A stretch of DNA of 64,000 nucleotides, taken from the NCBI RefSeq assembly GCF_048593235.1, contig NC_133617.1, positions 111,188,937 through 111,252,936 of the forward strand. The letters run 5' to 3'. Position 1 is the first letter of the stretch; every line of letters starts with the position of its first letter. Under the pieces are notes generated by a model, which ran no database searches, was not told the origin of the DNA, and saw only the letters and a program-made list of their open reading frames with translations. The stretch comes from Sminthopsis crassicaudata. Lineage: Eukaryota. The position numbers and the translations under genes are program-made. This document shows, in pieces, positions 12,291 through 23,559 of this stretch.

Positions 12291-13875
12291 TTGCAAGGGA
12301 ACTAATGAAAAAAAAGTCAGAGGAAGGTGGTCTAAGTGTACCTATTCTAAAGCTATATTATATAGCAGCAGTCACCAAAACCATTTGGTACTGGCTAAGA
12401 AATAGAACGGTAGATCAGTGGAACAGATTAGATACAAAGGACAAAAAAGGACATCTATAGCAATCTAATCTTTGACAAACCCAAAGATACCAACATTAGG
12501 GACAAAAATTCATTATTCAGAAGAAACTGTTGGGAAAACTGGAAATTAGTATGGCAGAAATTAGATATAGATCCACACTTAACACCATATACCAAGATAA
12601 GATCAAAATGCGTCCATGATTTAGGCATAAAGAATGAGATCATAAATAGATTAGAGAAACAGAGAATAGTCTACCTATCAGACCTGTGGAGGAGGAAGGA
12701 ATTTATGACCAGAGGAGAATTAGAGATCATTATTGATCACAAAATAGAAGATTTTGATTACATCAAACGAAAAAGTTTCTGTACAAACAATACTAATGCA
12801 AACAAGATTAGAAGGGAAGTAACAAATTGGGAAAATATTTTTAAAACTAAAGGTTCTGACAAAGGTCTCATTTCCAAAATATATAGAGAACTGACCCTGA
12901 TTTATAGGAAACCAAACCATTCTCCAATTGATAAATGGTCAAGGGATATGAACAGACAATTCATCAGATGATGAAATTGAAACTATTTCCACTCATATGA
13001 AAGAGTGTTCCAAATCACTACTGATCAGAGAAATGCAAATTAAGACAACTCTGAGATACCACTACACACCTGTCAGATTGGCTAAGATGACAGGAACAAA
13101 TAATGATGAATGTTGGAGGGGACTTGGGAAAACTGGGACACTGATACATTGTTGGTGGAGTTGTGAAAGAATCCAGCCATTCTGGAGAGCAATTTGGAAC
13201 TATGCCCAAAAAATTATCGGGCTGTGCATACCCTTTGACCCAGCATTGCTGTTATTGGGATTATATCCCAAAGAAATACTAAAGAGTGGAAAGGGACCTG
13301 TATGTGCCAAAATGTTTGTGGTAGCTCTTTTTGTTGTAGCTAGAAACTGGAAGTTGAATGGATGTCCATCAATTGGAGAATGGTTGGGTAAATTGTGGTA
13401 TATGAAGGTTATGGAATATTATTGCTCTGTAAGAAATGACCAGCAGGAGGAATACAGAGAGGCCTGGAGAGACTTAAATCAACTGATGCTGAGTGAAATG
13501 AGCAGAACCAGAAGATCACTGTACACTTCAACAGTGATACTGTATGAGGATGTATTCTGATGGAAGTGGAAATCTTCAACATAAAGAAGATCCAACTCAC
13601 TTCCAGTTGATCAATGATGGACAGAAATAACTATACCCAGAGAAGGAACACTGGGAAGCGAATGTAAATTGTTAGCACTACTCTCTATCTACCCAGGTTA
13701 CTTATACCTTCGGAAGCTAATAACTAATGTGTAACAAGAAAATGGTATTTGCACACATATATTGTATCTGGGTTATATTGTAACACATGTAAAATGTATG
13801 GGATTACCTGTCATGGGGGGGGGAGGGAGTGGAGGGAGGGAGGGGATAATTTGGAAAAATGAATAAAAAAAAAAA
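12291..13875 (+). mobile_element. 5'-truncated L1 with TSD
   Basis: ORF 12997-13560 is the L1 ORF2 C-terminus. TSD AA(G/A)ATCTCTCATC(G/A)AA at about 12274-12290 and 13871-13887. Empty site near 55395-55415. Confidence 0.97.
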
Positions 13876-14206
13876 TCTCTCATCAAAGCCCACTAGAGGG
13901 ATATGTAAATTGTCATCTCTGCTCTGGCTGTGTTAACAGAAGTTTGAATAGATTGAGAATGTTAGGGAAAATAGAAAAGCAGTTGAGTACCTTTAAATCC
14001 TGGCAGGAAATAGTCTAGTCCTCCAGCCTTTTCTGATTCAGAGTGGAAAGAGTAAAAGTTTTGTTTGGACTGGCAAAAACAACCAAAAAGTTATGTTTTT
14101 GTTTTGTTTTGTTTTGTTTTGTTTTGTTTTGTTTTGTTTTGTTTTGTTTTGTTTTGTTTTTAATTGTAAAGGTGAGATTTGGCTGGTAACTTTAAGATTT
14201 TATCTG

Positions 14207-14237
<31 letters not shown>

Positions 14238-14514
14238 GAAAATTACACAAATCTTTAAAAGGCATCTTGATCAGGTTTGCACTTTGAAAGCCTGGAGACC
14301 TGAAAGTATGCAGCTCTCAAATGAGACAGATGAAAGAGAACAAAGAAAGAGGGTATCAGTCAAAGAACGTAACCAGAAAGTGAAGAGGAGTCATTTTCTG
14401 GAATTTCTCTTAAATTTTAGTATGTTCGGCTTCTTGAAAATATCTTGTGAGTAAGCTTGTTATCCTTGAGAAATAACTAGTTGAAGTTACAAAGATCCTG
14501 ATGAAGGATGAGTT

Positions 14515-14752
14515 CCCTGTGATAGTCCAATTCAAGGCGTCTGCTGTTCCTGTACGGGTAAAACAATATTTTATCCCTCAGCAATTTTTGTTGGGGATTA
14601 AGCCTCACATTGATAGACTCTTACAAGCTGGAATACTTTTGCCAGAGTGCATGGAATACTCTGCTCTTGCCAGTCAGGAACCCTGTGTCTGGAGAGTTCT
14701 GCCCCATTCAGGGCCTTAGGGAAGTAAATAAGCAGGTGGAGACTTTTCCTAC
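14515..14752 (+). pseudogene. pol: Gammaretrovirus-like RT N-terminal fragment
   Basis: [15 protein letters not shown]...[16 protein letters not shown]...WNT.LLPV...LREVNKQVE parallels MLV RT. Frameshifted. Confidence 0.85.
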
Positions 14753-14759
14753 TTAACTC

Positions 14760-16432
14760 TTCTTTTTTCCTCAGCTACATAATATAAACACGTTTTCAAC
14801 AACCCTTCTACTAGATGCTCCATTGCTAAAGTAGCAGAAGCAGTGGGAGGGGTATGTGTGAGTTGAATCTTTACCTTTGAAAACAAAAGATGCTCTCTTG
14901 TTTCTCTTACCCCCACCTCTTCTCTTTCCTCACACCTAAAATCCTTCAAACCTACAGCTGCTGCTACAAATCAATCTTTCATAAATCACCATTATTCTCC
15001 TTTCCTTTTCACTTCAGAAGTTTTAAGATTCACAATACAATAAATAGCTAAATAATTCTATAAAACCCACATGTCCAGCAAACATAACCCATAATGTGAA
15101 TAAATTATCCAGTGTTTCAGAAGCAAACCAAATAGTTTTTGTTTTTTAAGTTTTTCTGCCTTCTGCCTGAGTGTTTCAAGACCCCTAGCAAAACGTCTTT
15201 TTCCCAGGTGACATTAAGCCGATAATGTTTTTATTGCCATTACTCCTCTCTAGAAGGCTTTGAAAACCTGCTTTTCAGGGAAAACTTCCCTATCAGTTTA
15301 AAATAGTCAAGTTTTCTGTTCTTTTACTTAGAAATTAGTACAACAAGTTAAAAAGTTTAAAATCACACACACAAAATTTTTACCAAGCATAGTTGCAACC
15401 AATTGTCAAATTTCTTAATCAGTGTTCTTAAAACTTAACAGAGTTCTTTAAATCAACACAATAGATAAAGTCACAAACACAAAACAAAAATCACAGAGAC
15501 CCAGGGGCACAATTACAACATTAAACAAAACATTTAACATATATAGACTAGGGTCTATTCAGAAACCATAGAATAGCCCTGAGGGAAGTTTTTGCAGCTC
15601 CAGAATCTTCCCTCCCAGGATCCAAAAGGAGCTTTTTAGGCTTCCATCCTCACTTTAGTGCATTTCTTTGCCTTCACACTCAAACACAAAGAGACAGTAG
15701 ACAAACAATTCTGGAACACAACAGACAACCAAAGCAGCCAGTGCACTCCAATAGAGTCCTGTGGAGGTCTATAGGGGTTACTCATTGCTTCATCCAGCAT
15801 GACCACCTACTATCCTTGAGTACTCACCCGGAATTAAACTGGTTCCCAGAATGCTCAAAGCCAATTGCTTCAAATTTATATCTCTTTTCCTGGTCCATAA
15901 GGGTTGATAACCAAAGTCTGAGGCAAAGGAATCTCTCCTTGGCCACCCTCTACAGGCAGTAGAGGGCAGTAACCCCCTTTGCCCTCTAGGGAAGAGCTAT
16001 CAAAATAGAGCCAAAAAAACCAAAGCAGCCAAAATAATGGAAATTTATGAGCGTTTATTGCTAGCTAGCGACTGAACCCCACCAGAACAGGGGAGTCAGC
16101 CAATGAGTGGTCTCAGGGCCACACATTTATAGAAAGAAGAGACATCAAAATGTTTCTTGATACATTTGTTATAATAAAGGAATTTCTATACTAAACAGGA
16201 GGCAAAAAAAAGTTATCACTCTAAAGGGGTCATTCTCAGGCAGTAGCAAGCAGTATTTCTTTAAGCTGATCAGGTTCTGAAGGTCTCAGGTGTTTTAGAA
16301 CAACATATCTGGGGGCAGGGGGTGTAAAAATACCATCTGCAATAGGGAGTAAATAACTAGTAATAAACTTCTAACTACAAAGATTAAAGATGATGTTTCT
16401 CATGGTCTCTTTTGGGGTACTTTTCCACTTCA
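14760..16432 (-). mobile_element. Class I ERV 5' LTR (about 16010-16432) plus leader/internal sequence, PBS deleted
   Basis: Starts TGAAGTG on the minus strand and aligns along its length with the LTR and leader at 36545-37200. TATAAA and AATAAA present. Confidence 0.75.
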
Positions 16433-16617
16433 CCTCAAGTCTTTCATTTAAATGTCTGTATTCACCCTGAGGTACAAATTTATTCTATTTGTGGGGAGAA
16501 ATTGGGAGAGCTGGAACTTAATAGTACACACTACAACACCTCCCTCCAGTCCTGCAGAGCAAAAATTTGTACACAGGTCCCAAAACAGACCTTGTTTTCC
16601 ACAACCTACTCTCTGGG
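16433..16617 (-). pseudogene. Family A copy 4: 3' fragment only
   Basis: TQRVGCGKQGLFWDLCTNFCS matches QRKDCGKQGLFGGFCKMFCS of copy 3. Fused to L1 at about 16618. Confidence 0.45.
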
Positions 16618-17620
16618 TGCTCTCTGTATTCATCCTGCTGGTCATTTCTTACAGAACAATAATATTCCATAACATTCATATGCCATAGTTTACCAAACCA
16701 TTCTCCAATTGATGGGCATCCATTCATTTTCTAGTTTCTTGCCACTACTAAAAGTGCTGCCATAGACATTTTGGCACATATTTCCCTTTCCCTTCTTTAG
16801 CATTTCTTAGGGATATAAGCCCAGTAGTAGCACGGCTGGATCCAAGGGTATGCACAGTTTGACAACTTTGGGGGCATAATTCCAGATTGCGCTCCAGAAT
16901 GGATGGATTCTTTCACAACTCCACTAACAATGCATCAGTGTCCCAGTTTTTGGACGTCCCCTCCAACATTCATCATTATTTTTTCCTGTCATTTTAGCCA
17001 ATCTGACAGGTTTGTGGTGGTATGTCAGAGTTGCCTTAATTTCCATTTCTCTGCTCAATAGTGATTTGGAACACTCTTTCATATGAGTGGAAACAGTTTC
17101 AATTTCATCATCTGAAAATTCTGCTCATATCCTTTGACCCCTTATCAATTGGAGAATGGCTTGATTTCTTATTAGAGTCAGTTCTCTATTCATTTTGGAA
17201 ATGAAACTTTTTTCAGAACCTTTAACTGTAAAAATGTTTTCCCAGTTTGTTACTTCCCTTCTAATCTTGTTTGCATTAGTTTTGTTTGTACAAATGCTTT
17301 TTAATTTGATGTAATTAAAATTTTCTATTTTGTGATCAATAATGATCTCTAGTTCTCCTTGGTCACAAATTCCTTCCTCCTCCACAAGTGTGAGAGGTAA
17401 ACTATCCTATGTTCCTCTAATTTATAATATTGTTCTTTATGCCTAAATCATGGACCCATTTTGATCTTATCTTGGCATGTGGTGTTAAGTTTGGATCCAT
17501 ACCTAATTTCTGCCATACTAATTTCCAGTTTTCCCAGCAGTTTTTGTCAAATAATGAATTATTTCAAAAGTTGGGATATCTTTGGGTTTGTCAAACATTA
17601 GTTTGCCACAATTATTCACT
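16618..17620 (-). mobile_element. L1 ORF2 3' fragment, truncated at both ends
   Basis: Reverse complement of 6320-7310, sharing the same 5' junction. Confidence 0.93.
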
Positions 17621-19249
17621 ATAGCTTCTCTGTTCTCAAGTAGAACAAAGACATGGACCTGGGAGTTAGGATGATGTGAGTTTAAAATTCAACCTCACAC
17701 AGAGCTGAGTGTTCCTGAGGCAAACCCTTTCACCTGTTTGACTTTATTTCCTCACAGGGTTTCCATAAGGATCAAATTAGTTGGTATGTTAGCACAGGCT
17801 GTTGAGTACAATGCATAGGATAGAAGAGAGGTGCTTCCTCTCTCTTTCTGATATGATCCCAAGACAACCTCCCAATTCTCATTGTTATAGCATTCAAACA
17901 ATTCCATCCATTGGGGGATCAAGCTGAACCATCAGAGCTTTGTGGATCCTCTTAGTTGGAGAGAAGGGTCAGAGCAGCATCATAGTTCTTAATCTTTTTC
18001 TGAAAATTTACCTTCTGACAATTATTCCATCTTTCTCCAAACCATATTTTAAATTCATAAAAGAAATTTTTTGCAATCTCAAAGCAAATATGTTTTCCTT
18101 TCTTTTTTTGAATAGAGCAGGTGCGCAAGTTTATTGTACTTGTAGATATCCAATGTAGGTGTGAAAAATTTTTTCCTCTGTAGTTGGGTAGCCAATCTAT
18201 CATTTCTTCTTAAAGATGTAGTGTCCTTCAAAACACTGAAAGAGTTAAGGTTTGTCCAGGGTACAAGTGTAGATTGAGACTTTCCAGCCTTTCTTTCTGG
18301 CCTTTCTGGCCAAGATCGAAGTTAGGACTTTGTCCTTAGGTCTTCAGGGTTTGAGAATATACATAATAGAGAACCCTTTGGGCAAATAAGCAGCAGGAAT
18401 GGGATCTCATGGACTGTAAGCCTGACAGGTCTATAGGATCTTGTGAAATCAAAGAAAACTGGAATTTTTCTAAGAAATTTTGTGTTTTGGGCAGTCTGAT
18501 AGAGGTTATCTACCACACCAAACAAATAAACTTCACAGGTTTTTCTTTATGCAGACAGACATTTTGCCTACAAGGTTCCATTCTTTTTTTCTTCTATTGA
18601 CATAGATGGGAGTTTCTCCATTGCTGCTTTTCGTTTACTTTTAATGATGAGGAAAGAAAAATGAATGCATGGAGAAAGGAGGAAAGAGAGAAAGGGATCT
18701 TTAGGGACATATCAAATTGGATAAAATGGTAAAAAAGGATTTTTATCAATGTGTTGAGGCTGGGTCTACTGGAAAAAAAACCAAAAAAACAAATAGGACG
18801 ATAAAAGGCAATATCTGGTCTGTGCCCAATGAGCTTTCTTGTACTAGTTGCTGCTCCTTTAACTGGGAAGATGGGGTAGTTATTTGAATCAAAGCATAGT
18901 ATTAATTTGTTGACATTTCTTTTTTCACTCAGTAAATCTTGAACCTCAACATGGTGAGAAAAAAATCAGGTATTTCCCCAAGGTGAGAATCAATTACTCA
19001 AGAAACATGTAGTAATACTTGTTCTTTTATCAGTCACTATAATAAATGAGGAATATATGCCCCAAAATTCTTTCTAAGAGGTAACACAAAAAGCACAAAA
19101 AGAATATGCCAGATAAATATAGAATATAGAAAAGTCATGTCAGAAGGCATAATCCTAATGGAAGAACAAGGCTGTCAGAAGAGTTTAGGAGACGTGAACA
19201 GGATGAACAGGTTGTTAGCTATTCACATCAAGAAAAGAAAACTTCAGGG

Positions 19250-19520
19250 GAAAAATATGAAAGGTAAATTAAACATCTGGAGAACAGAAAAGAATAGAAA
19301 ATTGAAGGAATGTATTACTGAAAAGTGTAACCAAAAATAGAACTTTGACACAAAAATACAAGAAATAGTTTGGGAATATTGTCCTGCAATTATAGAATAT
19401 GAGGAGAAAATGGAGAAAGAGAAAAACAATCCCCTAATACCATCTCAACGAAATCCATTGTGGAAAACACATAAAAATAACAGTGCCAAAATTTAAAAAA
19501 TCCCTTAGATGAAAGGGCAA
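19250..19520 (+). mobile_element. Decayed L1 ORF1 fragment
   Basis: Similar to 42630-42840 (ggagaacagaa...gaaaagtgt.accaaaaa...ttgacaca...attgtcctg). Confidence 0.55.
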
Positions 19521-19789
19521 ATTTTGGAAGAAAAAAAAAGTCAACTATGCGGGTGTTACAATTGGAATTGAAAAAGACACTTCAGCAGCCCAGTAAAAGT
19601 CTGGAAAGATATCTATGGAGGGCTGATTCTGAGGGGAGCAAGGAGAGGTCCCAGCAAACCAAAAGAGCAGTCCAGCATGGAGCGGGGCCCCAGGCCAGAA
19701 AGAGGAAATGGCTTAAATAGCAAAAGGCTCAGGTTCATTGGATGGACTGAAAAGGAAGTAACCATTGACCAATGATCAGCAATGCTGTC

Positions 19790-19975
19790 TAGGTCCTGTG
19801 GATCATGTAACTACCTGAAATTTTCGCTTAGGGTCTGACCTTTTTTCCCCTACTGACCTCTAAAAATAGGGATCATGTGACTTCCTGAAATTTAGAGCTA
19901 GGGTCTGACCTTTCCTGTCCTACAATCCTCTGAGATAGGGACCATGTGATGTCCTGAAACAAAAGCCTAAGATAC
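19790..19975. promoter_or_regulatory. Three tandem 70-80 bp units with CATGTG(A) E-box next to an (A)CTTCCTG ETS-like core
   Basis: ggatcatgtgacttcctgaaatttagagctagggtctgacc and variants. Inverted paralog at 59150-59310. Function is inferred only. Confidence 0.35.
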
Positions 19976-20216
19976 TAGAGCCTCTGAGAAACCTTCTCCA
20001 GGTCCCATTCAGTCCCTTCTCTTGCACACCTTCTCACACCAGTCCTGATGCATTTCTTCCACTAGAACATCCTTGTTATCAAGGCCTTCAGGCTGGTCCT
20101 TCTCCTCAGTCCTAACTGTAACCCTCCATCTACCATTTAGCAAAGTCCAACAGCCTCACATCAATGGAAACTTTCTGGAACCACTTTAACTAAGAAATCT
20201 TGGCCCATTCTAGTTC

Positions 20217-20655
20217 TTAAGTCTTTAAGCAAGAGGCTGAGAGGATAATGCTGCTTAAAGCAATGACCAGCAATGGAAGACCCTGCTTCCACCAGCTCCT
20301 ACCATCAGTTTGGGTACCTCTGTCATCACAGAGCCACAAGTGGCATCTGGCAGCCAGTGGGATCCATGGAACCCCAGCATTGTCCAGGCCCAAGGCCTCA
20401 GGGCTCATTATCCCATTTTTCTCACATGAAGCAGTCCAGATCTAAATTCATTTGAGACAAAGGGTCAAAGGTCTCATCTTCTGGAGCTGTTTCAGACTGA
20501 AAAGGGCTGAAGAGCTGATGGGGCCTACTGGGGTCCAGGATAAGGAGGGGAGATACATGACTTGTAGGTGATGTCAGCATCAGGGGACTGCCAAGTGTCA
20601 GAATCGGGGATCCCAGGATTTGACCAAATATTTGGAATTTCATGGCTTACAATCT
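20217..20655 (-). pseudogene. Family B copy 1: signal-peptide-like ORF with a hydrophobic C-terminus
   Basis: Acceptor tttcttccAG, then 10 nt, then gccATG at 20643: MKFQIFGQILGSPILTLGSPLML...LDCFM*. After the TGA and a +1 frameshift it continues ...SWWKQGLPLLVIALSSIILSASCLKT*. Confidence 0.45.
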
Positions 20656-21249
20656 GGAAGAAACAACTTTCAAGTAGATGAAAAATGTATGAATGCAATA
20701 TGAGCAAAAAAGAAACAAATTGGAGTCAGTATATGGGGGTTACCAGGGAGAGTATTTTGGTGGGGACCAAACCAAGAGGACTACTGAGAGGGAAAGACAA
20801 GGCTATCATGGATGTTTCTCCTCCAGACAGGTTTTCCAGAATAAATCTTAAAATCACCTTTCCCCCCAATTTGTGCTTTTGTTTCCTCAAAGGGGAAGGG
20901 GCAATGGATGGAACAGTGTGGCCTTCAGAAAGCATGATCTCCTTTAGCAAAAATTCTAAAGTCTTTGTCACTCTTACAAGGGAATTGCATATGTGCACCA
21001 TCCATCTGGCAATCCTTCCCTAAGAATGTACTCCTCCTCCAGATAGGCTTCAGGATGGGAGTTTAATGGGCTTTCAGAATTGTCTGGGAGCTAAATAAGT
21101 GAGTGTAGGAGTCAGGACTTGGGGACTTAAAGGTGCCCTGGTCAGGGGCAAACAGGAAGCAGCACGGGACTTTATATGATGAAACATAACAGAAACCTAA
21201 GGCCAGGGAGAGTTTGCACTCATTGTACTTTCTTCCCTAGATGGCAGGC

Positions 21250-21254
21250 AATTC

Positions 21255-21338
<84 letters not shown>

Positions 21339-21930
21339 TACATGTTAAAATGTAAGCTAAATGCCATATATGTAAACATACAGGTATTTTGCTGCACCAG
21401 AAAAATCAGATCAGGTACAAAAACTGTGTAAATGCAAGCGAACAAAATAAAAAAAGAATGAAAATATTATGTTCTGATCCAGAGTCAAGTCCCACATTTT
21501 TCTCTCTGGGTATAGATGGCTCTCTTCACCACAAAATCATTGGAACTGTACTCAAATCTCATTTTAGAAGAGAGCCACCTCCATCAGTATTGATCGCTGT
21601 ATAATATGATTGTTGCCATCTACAATGATCTCTTGATGCTGCTCATTGCAGGTAGCATCAGCTCATGTAAGTCTCTCCAGGCCTCTCTGAAATCGTCCTG
21701 CTGATCATTTTTATACAACAATAATATTCCATAGCAGTCATACACTTTAGTTTATTCAGCCATTCTCCAGCTGATGGGCATCCACTCAGTTTCTTGACAC
21801 TACAAAAAGGGCTGCCAGAAACATTTTTGCACATGTGGGTCCCTTTCCCTCCTTTAAGATCTCTTTGGGATATAAGCTCCATAGAAACACTGCTATATCA
21901 AAGGGGATGCACATTTTGGTAGCCCTTTGG
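21250..21930 (-). mobile_element. Older L1 3' fragment containing a (TA)n microsatellite (about 21258-21333)
   Basis: L1 ORF2-end/3'UTR text. Paralogous to 57255-57885 and 36310-36544. Confidence 0.8.
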
Positions 21931-22643
21931 CTACCTAAGAGATTGTTCCCCTTCCCATTTGCAATATATCTGTTCTGAAGTTCTCCAGAAACCTAAAGAT
22001 GAAGAGAATGTTACTCGACCTACAGAACCAAGACAAGTTTACAAAGCAGTGGTAGAAGTCTACTTTCCTGCCCTGTCTACCCAGAAATCCCATTCATATG
22101 TCTGGGTCAAATCCTCCCCACCGAATCTACCCATTGGCAACCCCAAAGCCACTGGCCTCCCCTGGGTCAGCTCCCCAAAACACTCTGCCTCGTGGTGTCC
22201 TTGTCCTTTCCCTATGCCATGTGGTATCACTCCTTGTTAGGATTACTAGGTGAGAACTCAGGTTGTCTGGACAGTGACAAGGTGAGAATTCAGGTTGTCT
22301 GGACAATTACAAGGTGAGAACTCAGGTTGACTTGATAGAAGGAGCAAGCTCATTGGCTGAAGTGGTTCTTCCCAGAAGCCCTTGCATTATCCCACGCCCA
22401 TTCTCTGGGAGGATAAAAGAGGACAGCACTCCAGGAAGAGGAGAAGTCTCTGCATTACATCAGGCTTGACGCACCCCTCTGCAGGAAGGGAAGTCACTTC
22501 TCTGGACAAGAGTTAACAGCAACTGCCTGGAGACAATGGTTCGCTACAGGAAGAAGAATCTGTCTGAAAGATTTGAGTAGACACAGCAGATCTCTTCCCA
22601 GAGAGCAATCCAGCAGCTTCTGGAGACGACAGCTTGCTACATT

Positions 22644-22657
22644 TGGCACCCAACGTG
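22644..22657 (+). promoter_or_regulatory. Truncated tRNA-Lys1,2-type PBS
   Basis: TGGCACCCAACGTG vs the canonical TGGCGCCCAACGTGGGGC. The last 4 nt are lost at the deletion junction. Confidence 0.85.
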
Positions 22658-23258
22658 CAATGCCAGCAGCAAAAGAGACAGCCGTGTGGTCACTGAATTC
22701 CTTATACAAACATTTGCAATTATGGGTGTGCCACAAGCAATAAAAACAGACAATGGACCTGCATATACGTCCAAACATTTTACACACTTTTGTGCACAGT
22801 ATAAGATTTTACATACCACGGGCATACCCTTTAATCCTTAAGGGCAGGCAATAGTAGAGAGAAGAAACAGAGATATTAAGGCACTCCTCCAAAAACAAAA
22901 GAAAGGGGGAGCCACAGGTAGCCCTAGGGAACTTCTAAATTTAGTTCTCTATACCATTAATTTTCTAATTTTTGACAAAGATGCACTGGCTCCGGCAGAC
23001 AGGTTTTATAACCTACCAGAAGGGCAGTGTCCAGTGCGAGCATCTCCACTGTCCTTAGATAATCGCCAGGTGATGTGGAGAGACCCAGAAAGCAGTGAAT
23101 GGAAGAGACCAGATAGGTCAACTGCCTGGGGGAGAGGGTTTGCTTGTATTTCTTCAGATGGAGAAGGAATAAGATGGGTGCCAACGAGTCGTATTCACCT
23201 TGTCCATCAGAGAGAGACAGAAAAAGAAAAAGACCTCAAAACAAAGGAGAAAATCTAA
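22658..23258 (+). pseudogene. pol: Class II integrase core and C-terminal remnant
   Basis: MGVPQAIKTDNGPAYTS...HTTGIPFNP*GQAIVERRN...WRDPESSEWKRPD..TAWGRGFACIS. Stop at 22839-22841. Confidence 0.93.
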
Positions 23259-23543
23259 GAAACATCTGACACTGAAAGAGCATGGCTAATAAAAAGACTG
23301 TTAAAGAACTTTAAAACCAGCAGGAATCATTGGACTTCCTCACACAAGATGAGACTAATGGACAATGGACTTATGGACATTTATAAATTTTCAATTTATG
23401 ATTATTTGATTATGTTATATACTTCTAGCATGTGTTATGTTACTATGTTACTATGTGCTTATGTAATTTATGTAATTATCTGTAATACTTCCCATATTGA
23501 TGGATTTATGTTTCAAGGTCATGACTGTCCTATGTTCTAAATC

Positions 23544-23559
23544 AAAAGAAAGGGGGAGA
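23544..23559 (+). promoter_or_regulatory. Polypurine tract
   Basis: AAAAGAAAGGGGGAGA directly before the 3' LTR. Confidence 0.9.

Noticed and set aside
18470-18590. TRIM B-box-like reading (CLHKEKPVKFICLV)
   Set aside because: Ligand spacing is incomplete, a stop follows immediately, and it is not kept in the third copy.
20217-20643. Calling family B Doppel/PRND or a selenoprotein
   Set aside because: Only the exon layout resembles prion-family genes. Diagnostic residues are not matched and no SECIS could be identified.
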